Shown: piece by piece, positions 12,191 to 24,208 of the stretch
How the letters are laid out: each line of letters begins with the position of its first letter
How positions within the stretch are numbered: the first letter of the stretch is position 1
Assembly: GCA_052426225.1 (NCBI GenBank)
Contig: JBNJNM010000011.1
Coordinates: forward strand, 1,550,001 to 1,614,000
Source: Zancudomyces culisetae HAW-14-8
Lineage: Eukaryota > Fungi > Kickxellomycota
Direction of reading: 5' to 3'
Length of the DNA stretch: 64,000 nucleotides
Notes under the pieces: generated by a model
Told to the model about the DNA's origin: nothing
The model's input: only the letters and a program-made list of their open reading frames with translations
Databases searched by the model: none
Program-made: the position numbers and the translations under genes

Positions 12191-14449
12191 TTCTTTTCTC
12201 TACTTTTTCCAAGACTCTCTTGCCTTAATTTAAACTTTGTGTGTTTGCTCTTTCGTATTTTTTTGTTTTTTGCTTTTGTGTTTTTTGCTTTTATCGCAGT
12301 AAACAGCTTAAAAATACATTTAAACTCCGTATAATTTTTACTCAATTTTTCGAGCTTTCACATTCGCCCCAGATATTAACATGAGTTGTTACACATTGTT
12401 TAATTTACCGCAAACCATATCAAGAGTTTTTATTTGCGAGCCATGAGCATTTCTTAGCCCTTAATTTGGATCGCCAACAAATGATAAGCAAGTGCCGCTT
12501 CTCGTTTTTATTTTATCGGTTGCATGTGTACCTATATTTTATTTCGTGGGTTTATGCAATTTTTTATTGCTCCTGATACTAGAATCTAAAGTTCTAAACA
12601 CTGCTTAGTTACCATATACAATAAGAATACTTTATTTTGTATAAATCAACATCAATGAAATTGACAACAGACTTGGAGAATATTGGTAAAAATGTATATT
12701 TGTTAGAAATGATGCCCCATTCTAGCAATGTTTGTTCGCCAGGTCTATCTTAGGCTGAAAGTTTGATACATGTGTATGTGTGTGTGTGCCATGGAAAAAA
12801 AAGAATCGCAGAAATCTCGATTAATTCAGAGCGTATAAAAAATGGCGCTTTTTCTGATCATAAATTCAGGGCCGTATATTAAAGTGCAGTACTTACGTTT
12901 TAGCAGCTGATACAAAGAATCGAAGACCTACGAATGGTTTTTTATTTTTATTTTTTACTTTTTACTTTTACTTTTTATTTATTCTTTTGATATGTTCCTT
13001 AAACTAAAAGGTTTGAACCTCACCAAAAATTTGTAAATTTTGTCTACAACTTGTCACAATTACTTTCTGATAAAAACCAAAGGGAGTGACACTTGGAGAG
13101 CATGTTACTTTCTGGGATAAAAGCATGACTAATATGAGCCCATGCTTGGATGCATCATATGTGTACAGGATATTATGTATCTATGATTTTCAAAAAAAAT
13201 GCTCGACGAAAGAAATAGCAGTACCTTCTATTGTATAGTATTCTTTAAACTAGTGCATATGTCCAGCTTTAAAAGTGCTCGCCTGTATTGCTTATACACG
13301 TTTTAAGATTACTTTACGAATAGTAATATTATAAAATTACAAAAACAAAAAATCAGACATCTTATAACGTAGCTAGATATTTCAGTTAAGTGTATAAGAA
13401 TGTATAATGTGGGTATTTACTAAATAAGTTTATCGAGCAGTAAAGAAAAAGTAAAATATTAACACCAACAAAAAAATAACTACTCTCTGCCACTCATCCC
13501 GAGAGGCACTATATACTCTTTTTTTTTATGTAAGCTTTAGGTATTTACGCGCGCATATAGTGATGTAGGCATTTTTTTATTCATAGTGCACACCAGAATC
13601 GAATAGTACTTGCTAATAGGGTGTTACTCAAAACCGATTTTTGATGTGGTTGTAAATCCCAACTCATTCACATAATGTACTTTATCAGATAAACAAAAAT
13701 ACTTCATTTATCAGATTGTTAATTCCGTATTTTCCATGAAATGAAATTGGAAAAAAAAATTTTCTGTTTTAAATTAATTTCAATAATAACAACTGAGAGG
13801 AGGGAAGAAAGGGGTAAGTTACCATCTGATACGCAGATAGAAGATTCCGTTTTTTCAGTAATTTACTGTGATTAGCCACATCATTTGAGGGTTATTTCGT
13901 TTCCACAGAGCCTATCGAAATCCCTTTTCAAAACTAGCAGCTTTGCATAAAAAAGTGATGAAAATGATTGCCTAAATAGTGATAAAAAAATTGTGCAAGC
14001 CTTCCTTAGACTTAAACCGATAGGTCATTATTTTAATAACTCTTATGCCCACGTCTTTTACAATTTTGCTGTTGTTTGAAGTAATATTCAGAATTAGAGC
14101 TTTGAATCCCAATAACTAAAGGTCTCATTCAAAATCTAGAAGTGAAGCAGCCAGAATAAGCATTGTACATATATACTGGTGGGAATTTACTCCGAAGGGT
14201 GTATGGATATATTAAGCTGGTGCGACAGGCTATCTCAAAAAGAACAGGGAAACTGTATGTAAGATAAAAAAAAGTAATTTACAACAAAGTAAAACAACAA
14301 GACAGGTATATCAAAGAAAAGTGGATAGTGCTTTTTGACTTTATCAAGGTAATTTAATAACTATGTCATTCTAATCAAGCTCCGGCTATGACCATTAATT
14401 GAGAAAAGTGGTATGGAAATCTAATTCGTATTTAAAATAACAATTATAG

Positions 14450-15508
14450 ATGCCCATTATCTGGCCTGTAAATAACGAGCGAGGGTGGACACCCCTACTA
14501 CTTTTGGTGGGCGGTACCATCTCGATATGTATTTTAATTGATGACGAATATAGAAACAAGGTAGTAAATAAGATTTGGCAATTGTCAGAGGCGATGTTAT
14601 CCGGATTTTGTGAAAGTGAAACCGCATCCGATAGCGGAAAAAGCCAAAATAAAAAAAATAAAAAAAAGCAAAAGAGCACGACTAAAAAGCAAAAAGCTGA
14701 TAAGGATAATGGGAGTAGTGGAAGTACTCCTACGAAAGTACGTATAGAGTTTATAGCTGGTGAGTATGAATATGAAGGGCAAGATAAACTCCTGAAGGAG
14801 AGTCTAATACAAGAATCACTGCAGGAACCAACAAGAGGGCGCGCAAAAAAAGAGAAGGTGCTGATTGAGAGAGATGCCGAGTATCAGATGGAGCGAGAAG
14901 ATATTACTGGGAACCAAAAGCGGCATGTAATGTACGTGTGTACAAAATGTCAACGAAACGACAATATGCGTTGTATTCCAGGGTACTACAGTTGTTTTTG
15001 GAAATCAGAGGAAGAGAACATAGGGGATATGGAGGATATGTTTGCATCTATTACAAGCGCTACCACCACAGACGGAAAGCAGAAAAAAACCGGGCGTATA
15101 TTATATGAAAATCTCAAGAATCTTGCGGCACAGCGAGAAAGAATCAAACAACTCTCAGTCTGTGATGAAAACATAATCGAGCACGATGAATACGGCCGAA
15201 TAAAGCAAATCCCTTGCTCCAATACCATAGAGCCACGTCTAGAGATTTTGCCTGTGCGTTGCCTGGGTACATGTGAATGGGGAAATGTTATTGCATTTGC
15301 TGCTGAGGGTAAATTTGCCTACCAGTTTGGCGATATAAATGAAGGAGATGCTGAGGATTTGAACGCGGTACTGGAATTTACCGATTTTTACTTAAACAGC
15401 GAAGACGGATTCTCAAAGACAAAAACCAGACCCGCAAGAATGAAAAGCAACGTGTTATCTAGAATTCCTCCTTTCAGCGAAAAATTTACCAATCTGGAGG
15501 ACTTTTAG
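14450..15508 (+). CDS. DUF1636-like predicted metal-binding protein (thioredoxin-like ferredoxin fold) with an N-terminal membrane anchor
   Basis: Intronless 352-aa ORF. Motifs MYVCTKC, GRILYENL, PVRCLGTCEWGNVIAFAAEGKFAYQFGD and FYLNSEDG..RPARMKSNVLSRIPP follow the bacterial DUF1636 pattern. Residues ~14-30 are hydrophobic and are followed by a Lys-rich linker. Confidence 0.75.
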   Translation: MPIIWPVNNERGWTPLLLLVGGTISICILIDDEYRNKVVNKIWQLSEAMLSGFCESETASDSGKSQNKKNKKKQKSTTKKQKADKDNGSSGSTPTKVRIEFIAGEYEYEGQDKLLKESLIQESLQEPTRGRAKKEKVLIERDAEYQMEREDITGNQKRHVMYVCTKCQRNDNMRCIPGYYSCFWKSEEENIGDMEDMFASITSATTTDGKQKKTGRILYENLKNLAAQRERIKQLSVCDENIIEHDEYGRIKQIPCSNTIEPRLEILPVRCLGTCEWGNVIAFAAEGKFAYQFGDINEGDAEDLNAVLEFTDFYLNSEDGFSKTKTRPARMKSNVLSRIPPFSEKFTNLEDF

Positions 15509-17153
15509 GTGTACATATGGTGGTTTTGTATGTATTATCGGGCTTATCTATCATTTATTTGTTCAGCTTGTATGTTATTTAGAATATATTTTTTTTGAAT
15601 AGTTGCTTTTACTTGGTATTGCGCCTTTAATATAAAGCTGGAATCTTGAGGTTCAGTTTTAATATAATTCTGCTCTAATCTTGATACTGGACGAACCCTG
15701 AGGACACTTGGCTATAGACGCCCCATTAGATGAGTTAAAGTATCGAATTATAGGATTGAGAAACCCGCGTTCGGGTATCTACGCAATTGGTGATCTGTAC
15801 GGGTACACATACAGTAATTATTTTGCTCATGTTCTCTGTGTACGGTTGTTGTTGTGCTTTAATTTTGTACACAATGGATGTCATTTGAAGTTAAACTTTC
15901 TAATAATTTTATAGCAAGGCAGGAGATAGAGCATAAAAAAATAAACCTAACTTTTACCTGTTGTGTAAAACAAAACGGTTCCATCTGGGAATAAATGTTG
16001 AACGGGTTTACCACCAACTATCTTTGCTTTGGCTGAATATCAACGGAGAATGATATTGCTTTTTTTTTTAAAAAAAAACAAAAATAGTTGAATATAATAA
16101 AACGACATTCAGTATCTGGATGCGCTCGTTGCACCCTAAACTCATACACTTTATACTTTGCAAATACTTGGTCGCTAACATACAAAAAAGTCAGTCCATA
16201 TTGGAACTCCCAAAATAGTAAGTACAGCGGTTTTATTGTGTTTAACTGATTAATGCATGATGATGTGTATTAGATTTGTCATGGCTTTCATGTTATCAGA
16301 TGACGTTTACTACACTGCGAATGTGATCTGGGTAGACTTGTATACTCACGATATACAAATATCAACTTATGAAAATTAGCTATATTTTATTCGCGCTTTT
16401 ACCTTGCTTCAATACAACCACTTTCCAGCGTTATTTACCATTTTTGATTTTTTTTTGCAGTGCTGTGTCCTGATTTCTTTGTACTATTTTTTATGGATTT
16501 GAAAGCATCATGTGATTTATCACGATGTATGTTGAAATTCGATGTTGATTTGAAAACTTTTAGTTTCTGTGAAATTGTCCTTCTAGAAAATAACCCATAT
16601 TAGTTTATTTGGGGAGGAGTCATGAAAATGTCTTGTTGAAAACATACAGCTTAATTTGAAATAGATAGATTTTTTTGTTTTTACTTGCATTTTTGCTCGA
16701 TGAATTTATTAAACAAATACCGCATTAGTACTGCAATAAAAAGAAAAATATAAATCAACACGACTTTAATTGAAGTTTTTATTTAGCGTGCATTATGCAA
16801 AAGTAAAAAATAGGCGCCAACCTTATTGGGAGAAATATATGCAGAAATTGGATGCTCCAGTCAATTCGAGGCCAGTACCTGTTTGCATTTGTCACCAAGG
16901 TATCCCCACAAAGATTTATTCGCAGTCTAAGCTGCATTTGCCAACCAAAAAATATGCCAATTTCTTAATCAAATTTAACGCAAAGTTAACGCCCTATTAT
17001 CCCCCTTTTTTTATGCTTCTCCTTTTAGCTTTTGTGTTATATATATTCACTAAAAGCCGTTTTAATAGTGATCGTGTCTTTGTTTAAATTAACAGATAAA
17101 ATAAATGGTAGTGAGCGCGAGTAATTTAACCTAAGGCAGTAATAAAATCGACC

Positions 17154-17945
17154 ATGGAAAAAAATACTGAGTCCGAGTTTCTCAGCGATAAAATTACACT
17201 AGAATCCTCAAACAAAGGTGGAAGCGGGGATTCGATTGAGGTTGTATTTTTGGCAATAAATGGTGAGAGACATTCAATGCGTTTTGAAGGAACAGATACG
17301 ATTAAGCAGATTAAACAATCTTTGTACAATAGCTGGCCTGGCAGTAAGTACACACTTTGTGTTTAACTAAGACAGAAGTTTCCCCGTCTGTGGATGGGAT
17401 AGAGGAAATATTTTGCCTTGGGTTGAGAATATATGAGCACTAGTAAACCTAGATATTTTACATGCTTTCTGTTTTTAGAATTTCTTGAGCAGCCAAAAAA
17501 TGTTAATCAGCTGAGAGTGATAAATGCTGGTCGCGTTTTGGACGATACAAGTAAAGTAGCAGGTAATAAATTGTCAATTCACTTTGCTTGGATTAATATT
17601 TTAAACTCTTGCTGAAAAGCCAAGTATTTATTTTTAAATAGATAGTAAGATTAGTTCGAACACGGTGATATATCATTTGAATGTTAGACCGGAATCCGTT
17701 ACTAAAAGCGTAATTCAGCGTATGTTTTCACTTATGTTTAACATCTCATGTTTATCATGTAAAATACATACTATTTCTGGCAGAGATAGTTATACAGAGG
17801 AAAGAGGAAGGAGGCGCGGGGGTTGATCCTTTGTAATATTTGGTGTATGTAGGTTTGCAGAAATAGAGTCCAACGTCTTTGCTTTAATTAAATAGAAGAG
17901 AACAAAACCGAACACGCCCCGAAATGTAGTTGTATTATATTGTAG
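17154..17945 (+). CDS. UBL3: Membrane-anchored ubiquitin-fold protein (UBL3/MUB family), 4 exons
   Basis: Exons 17154-17343, 17479-17562, 17642-17719 and 17896-17945, all joined by phase-1 GT-AG introns. The protein reads ..TIKQIKQSLYNSWP..LRVINAGRVLDD..IYHLNVRP..KCSCIIL*, ending in a CAAX box with an upstream Cys. Confidence 0.85.
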
Positions 17946-19304
17946 CACTCTGACGGCTACAACGCATGTTGAACCTATCAACTATTATTCTCTTTTCTTC
18001 TAATTTAATTTATTTTTGTCTTTTGAGTCATCTGTTATTGCGTGCGTGCTCATCTTTCTAAAAAGAAAGGATGTTTACACTTTCACAGCTGGCTAATGGT
18101 ATATTTTTATTTGCTATTTTCATTGTTTTCATTAGTATTGCTGGTATTTTTATGCTTGAAACATATATCAACAGCCATAGACCTATTTTCTTGTAATAAA
18201 CTTGGATGATAGTTAACTAACTTTTCAACTCTGTTTTTTTTTTAAATGGGCGTCTTTGTGATTCCATTTGTTAATATTATTACGAATTTTTTAAATATAG
18301 AAACATGGGATAGCTCCCAAAACTTTAAAGTTTGAGGAATATGAAGAAATGGGTGTGGTTTTGTGACATTTCAGTCCGGTTAACATCCGCGTTTTGCAGT
18401 TCAATGCTCAAGTATAGTTCAAAAAAAAAATCATGCGCCATGTTAATAGTAATGGCAATATATCAGGCCGCACAGTTATTGTACTAAAGCGCCAGCTATC
18501 ATATTGTATGTATTTACCCTGTATATTTTTGTAAAAAATAAAACTGCATACCTTGTGGCTACATTGTCTTAAAATGCAAAAGGCATCAATGGTGAAGTAG
18601 TGAATGTATGCAAGAGAGAGAGGGGGGGATAAACATACATGTATGAAAAGGCGTGTAAACACATATTTATTGAGGAGAAAATTTCCCCTGAGAAATGGCC
18701 TGCTGGAAATGAATCCATTTACGCCTTTTCCTTCTAGGCATATGAACAAGCATTGAGGGTAAATAACAAAAACAAAATATTTTCTCAATTGGCTACTCAA
18801 CCTGTATGCTTTTGGATTAGGTGGTAAAGAAGAAGAGTGCAAATCTCATCTAACTACTAGGCCCGTGATTTATTTGCTGCTTTGTGAAAAAAGCGTTAAA
18901 CAGAAAATGAGTTTCATGAATTTGAGAGTGAAAAAGAGCGTGTAGCTAGATAGTAAAGGCGGAAAAGGTAATTAGTGCTTGATGCAACTCCAAAACTATT
19001 TGTGGAAAAGAATTTCCCATGGCCAATTGAAACAATTATTAGATAATTAATTGGATTTGAAGATTGGGCTAATGCGTTTCAAAATTTCAATGTGCAAAAT
19101 TCTACAAAAATTTTTTTTTCCGGGTTCCAAAAATAGAAATCTCGTACCTGTGTAATATTAATTTCTCTGATTACTAATACAATATCCAGTTCAACATTAA
19201 AATAAAGCAGATAAAACAATTCATTGACACTGGCAAACTTTACTTTCAGCATTCTAGAATCCGAAAAGAAATAAGGAACTAAGCAGGGTAGGAACAGCTG
19301 CAAA

Positions 19305-21398
19305 ATGAGCATGCAAGATACAGCAGAACAAAAGCCTCTGTATGTAGAGGTAGATTCCCCGAATGAGGATAAATTATTGACTGGCTCCCCCGAATTATCG
19401 CTTGGAATTACCGAGGAAGGCCTTGCACGAAGCAGATACAAAAGAAGAGGGTTTTTGCGAAGGTTCACCAGTAAACGTGTACTATTTAGGGTAATTGTAG
19501 TGGTATTATGCGTTGGTGTGGTGATATTCCTTCTCAGACTAGTCCCAGCCAAGAGTGATGCTAAAAAGAAAACACAAAGCGTTGTTAACGACAATGAATC
19601 ATTCAACAATCTTCTGGTTCAGGATGTACCTGATGGAACCGACGGTACGTTATTCAAAAAACCGCTATTCGTAAGCTTAAAGCTCGATAACATTCCTGAG
19701 AATAATGGCCAAAAGGATGAGATTATAGAAGGAAATAGTATGGAAGTTGTACAGGATCAACCTGGTTCATTTTCAGCATACAGAAAGGCTAGGATAGATT
19801 CGAAGGACGCAATGGGAAAGACCGGGGCAGTCGCAACCGATAGAAAAGAATGCTCGGATATTGGACTGCAGGTATTGAAAGATGGCGGTAATGCAGTCGA
19901 TGCAGCTATTGCATCAGGGATATGTATTGGGTTGTTTAACAGTCACTCCTCAGGAATTGGTGGTGGAGGTTTTATGCTTATTAGAAAATCAACAGGTGAA
20001 ACAGAAGTAGTCGACTTCAGAGAGCTTGCGCCAAAACTTGCAAATGAGACCATGTATGCGAATGACATCAAAAAGGCTCAAATTGGAGGTCTTTCCGTTG
20101 GTGTACCAGGAGAGTTGAAAGGATACGAACTCGCCCACAAGAAATATGGAAAACTGAAATGGCAAAGGTTATTTGAACCAACTGTTGTATATGGGCGTGA
20201 TGGGTACAAAATGGGACCAGTGGTCAACATGGTACTAGAATCTAATGCAGAGTTTCTTAGAAACAGAGAGGGATTTAAAGATATATTCTTTAACACAGAT
20301 GGTAGCGTTAAAGATGCAAGCGAAACGATTTTCAGAAAAAACTATGCTGCAACACTCGAAAAGGTAGCGAAAGAAGGCGCGGATGCGTTCTACAAGGGGG
20401 AAATTGCACAACAAATGGTAGACTCGATTGTTAAAAATGGCGGAATCATTTCGCTCGAAGACTTAAGTAGCTATGAACCCAAGATCAGGTCATCACTGGA
20501 AATAACATATAAAGACAAAAAAATGATAACGAGCCCACCACCAACAAGCGGATCAGTGGTTGCATCGATATTTAACATGTTAGAGTTGTTTGAGAGCAGT
20601 GACAAGCCAACAGTTTTGGAGCTACATAGATTCATCGAAATACTGAAATTTGGTTTCTCTGACCGAACAAGATTGGCTGATCCTGAATTCAACAACTTGG
20701 AAGAAATTGTCAAGACCCAGCTTAGCAAAGAGCATGCAAAACAAAATAAAGCCAAAATCACTGACGATAGAACCCATGACTTTGAATACTATGAACCCGA
20801 ATATGCAGATAAAGAGGATCATGGAACCACACATGTTGCAGTAGTTGACAAGGATGGAAATGCTGTTTCGCTTACATCTACTATCAACCTACTATTTGGG
20901 TCGCGTGTAATGGACCCCAAGACTGGAGTGATATTTAACGACAACATGGACGACTTCAGCACTCCAGGTACCAAAAATGGATTTGGTCTGCATCCATCTC
21001 CCAAAAACTTTGTAAAGGCTGGTAAGAGGCCTCTTTCAACCACTTCAGGAACGATTGTATTGGATAAAAATGGAAAGGTCGAATATGTAGTTGGAGCTAG
21101 CGGAGGAAGTAGGATTTTGACGGCTGTAGCACAAGTACTTCGCAATTGTATGGAGTACGGGATGACCATCAAACAGGCTGTCGACTCTCCTCGAATCCAC
21201 CACCAGCTTTTGCCTGACGAGCTTATGGTAGAACCTTATTATCCCGTGGATCTTGTCAATGGGCTCAGGGAAAAGGGCCATAACATCGTTGAAATGGCTC
21301 AAGTTTCTTCTGTAGTTCAAGCGATTAGGATTTTGAGCGATGGAACTATTCATGCTGTCAGTGATGGAAGAAAGAAGGGTGCTCCTGCTGCATACTAA
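19305..21398 (+). CDS. GGT: Gamma-glutamyltranspeptidase (type II membrane; GGT/ECM38-like)
   Basis: N-terminal TM segment. Motifs GGNAVDAAIA, SSGIGGGGF and DFRE. Autoprocessing site HG|TTHVAVVD (Thr at 20826). Also NDNMDDFS, KRPLSTTS, GASGGSRI and SDGRK. Confidence 0.96.
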   Translation: MSMQDTAEQKPLYVEVDSPNEDKLLTGSPELSLGITEEGLARSRYKRRGFLRRFTSKRVLFRVIVVVLCVGVVIFLLRLVPAKSDAKKKTQSVVNDNESFNNLLVQDVPDGTDGTLFKKPLFVSLKLDNIPENNGQKDEIIEGNSMEVVQDQPGSFSAYRKARIDSKDAMGKTGAVATDRKECSDIGLQVLKDGGNAVDAAIASGICIGLFNSHSSGIGGGGFMLIRKSTGETEVVDFRELAPKLANETMYANDIKKAQIGGLSVGVPGELKGYELAHKKYGKLKWQRLFEPTVVYGRDGYKMGPVVNMVLESNAEFLRNREGFKDIFFNTDGSVKDASETIFRKNYAATLEKVAKEGADAFYKGEIAQQMVDSIVKNGGIISLEDLSSYEPKIRSSLEITYKDKKMITSPPPTSGSVVASIFNMLELFESSDKPTVLELHRFIEILKFGFSDRTRLADPEFNNLEEIVKTQLSKEHAKQNKAKITDDRTHDFEYYEPEYADKEDHGTTHVAVVDKDGNAVSLTSTINLLFGSRVMDPKTGVIFNDNMDDFSTPGTKNGFGLHPSPKNFVKAGKRPLSTTSGTIVLDKNGKVEYVVGASGGSRILTAVAQVLRNCMEYGMTIKQAVDSPRIHHQLLPDELMVEPYYPVDLVNGLREKGHNIVEMAQVSSVVQAIRILSDGTIHAVSDGRKKGAPAAY

Positions 21399-21851
21399 TT
21401 TCCTTTCTTGTTTATCTGAAAAGCTACTAGTTGTGCTTATACAAGAGTTTCGTTATTATTCATTCTGAATAGGCGCGGATCTTTTGACCTGTTCGTTTTA
21501 TGTTTTGTTGTACTTGTCAATGTCCAAATACCTGTATTGCCTTTTTTTATATATACTGTTACTTTTGGATGAAAAATAATAAAATTATAACGACATTATG
21601 GCAGTGTCAGGTATTTCTACCACTTTTGTTTGTTTTCAAAATCTTTGCAGGAAGTGAGGTATCTTCGTATTGGAGCTACTACGCTCTTTTTTTATCACTT
21701 GCAAACGCAATACATATAATAAATTCGGGACCATTTTATAAAAAAAATTCGAGGATTTAAATCCTTAAAATGAAAAGAAATCATAAAATACACACACACA
21801 AAATAATAAACTGGTGAATAAAAACCTTAATTCCGCTCCCCATCTCGAAAA

Positions 21852-23630
21852 ATGAGCAAAATCAAAGATAATTCGGCACCGTTTAGTGTATTCGATATAC
21901 CTAATGATATAATTTCGAAGCTTGCTATCGCCTGCAAGAGTAGCGAAGACTCGAATAATTCCCAAAAAGACACGAATCGGGTAGATCCAGTTTCAGCGCG
22001 AAAAAAATTCGAAATCAAACTAAACTGGAGCAGTATGGGAAATACGCATGGTCTTCGATGTCAAACTTGTGGAATCACGAATTTCTCGAACATTGAAGAG
22101 CAGCGAACCCATTTCAAAAGCAAAGACCATGCAGATAGATTGCTAGTAAAGCTCAAGAAGCAGAATGAGCACGAAAGCAACAGCACCAATTCGGCGGAGA
22201 AAAAGTCGTTGAATCAGAAGAGCAAGGCCAATGACAAGGAAAATCAGGATCAAGTGTTTTTATTTGACAAAAATATGGTTACTTTTAAAGTGAATCGGGT
22301 GGAATATAGCCTGTATACTAGTCTTTTGGCCTTAGATCCACTCGGAGCTTTGACTCAAACCATTGTGTTTACTCATTTGAAAAATCTTGCACTGTTTAGC
22401 ACTGTAACAATCATGCTGTGTTCGTTGGGACGTGGTGATTTTGTACTTGGGACTATTGATACCAAAACTGGTAAACTCGTGTTTAAAAAAACTATTCACA
22501 AGTACGTGAGTCGACGAAAGCAGGGTGGATTGCAAATAAAGCACGACAACAGTGACCGACCTAAAAATAGTGCTGGTGCCCAGATACGTAGGTCGTTGCA
22601 CACAAAGTTTATTCAAGAAATGATCGATGTTTTGAAGGCTGTTGAAAGCAAATATATTTTCTATTGGGTGAATGGAAATGAAAATTTGAAGTATGTCGAA
22701 AAAAACGTACTAGCCAATGTATTTACCTCGTCAACAGGGTCTACGCTCCCAAAGCCTACAGGTGGAAAGGGTCAAGGAAGCCCCTTAGGGGATAGTGAAT
22801 TTCAAAGCTCTAGCGCAATCCCGGCGACTTCTGTCCTAAGCAGTAACGGAAAGTTTCAGATATCAACTCGGTTTGTTAAATTACCGGCCATCACAGTCAA
22901 AGAGGCTGAAAATGTAATTGGTTTCAACCAGAAGCACAAAAAACAAAAGATCGGGATCGAATATGTGAGTATAATCTACGACAGACTCACGCGCGTGTAT
23001 ATAAATAAAGGTGATACAACTATCCCCACCTCAAATACCAAGAATGAAGCAAATGGAGTAGAGGGAGCAAAGGATACGCAGGATATGGACGATGGTTATT
23101 GCAGTGGCTCAGATTCAGGCTCGGACACATCAGTTGCCACCGTACAACTAGACGAAAACGACTATTGCTATGATGATTATACCAACTATATTTTAAAGAC
23201 GGCGAAGCTTATGTCGGCACCTAAAAACAAAGTATCTGATACAAAAATTATCGAACATCTGAAAAGTACGCTTGATTACTTATTATTCCAGGTTTTTAGT
23301 AACGAAAGCATTGATGTCAAGTACATTCCTCCTCTTTCGCTAAATTCCCATTTACACTCTGATACACATGCAAACACCAAAATATCGGTTAATGGATGTG
23401 ATACGCCAACATTCCTGCATTTGGCAGCGCAAAAGAATCGAACAAAGGTTGTGCAATTTCTACTAGAGAATGAGATTGATGATCTCACTATTCGCAATGA
23501 GGCTGGAAAGACAGCTTACCAGCTATCGAAAAACAAGCATGTCCAGAAAGTATTTGCAAACTATAGAAAGAATTATTCTGGTGATGCTGATTTCAATTGG
23601 AAAGAAACTAAAATACCTGCCACGGATTAG
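21852..23630 (+). CDS. VMS1: VMS1/ANKZF1-like ribosome quality-control factor (C2H2 finger, VLRF1 domain, ankyrin repeat)
   Basis: C2H2 finger CQTC..EEQRTHFKSKDH. VLRF1 loop HKYVSRRKQGGLQ..HDN..NSAGAQIRR. Ankyrin TFLHLAAQKNRTKVVQFLLE..NEAGKTAY. Confidence 0.85.
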   Translation: MSKIKDNSAPFSVFDIPNDIISKLAIACKSSEDSNNSQKDTNRVDPVSARKKFEIKLNWSSMGNTHGLRCQTCGITNFSNIEEQRTHFKSKDHADRLLVKLKKQNEHESNSTNSAEKKSLNQKSKANDKENQDQVFLFDKNMVTFKVNRVEYSLYTSLLALDPLGALTQTIVFTHLKNLALFSTVTIMLCSLGRGDFVLGTIDTKTGKLVFKKTIHKYVSRRKQGGLQIKHDNSDRPKNSAGAQIRRSLHTKFIQEMIDVLKAVESKYIFYWVNGNENLKYVEKNVLANVFTSSTGSTLPKPTGGKGQGSPLGDSEFQSSSAIPATSVLSSNGKFQISTRFVKLPAITVKEAENVIGFNQKHKKQKIGIEYVSIIYDRLTRVYINKGDTTIPTSNTKNEANGVEGAKDTQDMDDGYCSGSDSGSDTSVATVQLDENDYCYDDYTNYILKTAKLMSAPKNKVSDTKIIEHLKSTLDYLLFQVFSNESIDVKYIPPLSLNSHLHSDTHANTKISVNGCDTPTFLHLAAQKNRTKVVQFLLENEIDDLTIRNEAGKTAYQLSKNKHVQKVFANYRKNYSGDADFNWKETKIPATD

Positions 23631-24172
23631 TGCTTGGTGAAGTTTGGTTTGGCTTATTTATTAAAACTGGACTTGATGGCGTTACTAGTACTTTTTTTTT
23701 TCGTCATGCTATAATGCTTTTTTTCACCTGCACTCGGTTTTTTTAACCAAAACGAAATAAAATGAGATAAATAAAATAAAATAAAATAGACCTGTTTCAG
23801 TTTTTACGTATTATCCAAGTTGCCTTTTATTCGTAAAGTCAAAAAGACCTTTGTGTGCCTAGTTGGAACTGGTGTGTCATTATATTCTGAATTAGATTTC
23901 AATAAAAAGCAACATCTAGATTTTTATTATGTTGAGTAACAGTATTCCAGTTGGTGAAACCTTAAAGTGGTTGCTAGGATTTCAAGTAAACTGTGAACAT
24001 GTGTAAGTGTTATTTTTTGTAACACGTGTTTATTTGTTTATTTGTTTATTCGTTTAAGCTGGAACTCGGATTTATGTTTATATTTCTATTTCTATTTCCA
24101 TTTCATTGTGTAAAGAGCTGTAATTGCAAGATCATCATTTTATTTGCAAAAATGGTATTGATATCAGTATCA

Positions 24173-24176
<4 letters not shown>

Positions 24177-24203
<27 letters not shown>
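24177..24203. repeat. (AAT)n microsatellite
   Basis: About 9 tandem TAA units, 3' of the HMG gene. Confidence 0.9.

Positions 24204-24208
<5 letters not shown>

Noticed and set aside
13005-13025. B-box-like GGTTCAAACC on the minus strand suggesting a tRNA
   Set aside because: No A box, acceptor stem or cloverleaf around it.
16255-16475. ATGATGA as a box C/D snoRNA
   Set aside because: No suitably placed box D with a terminal stem, and no recognisable rRNA guide.
18408-19609. Minus-strand ORFs of 144 aa and 176 aa
   Set aside because: Non-ATG starts and no motifs. The second is antisense to the GGT 5' end.
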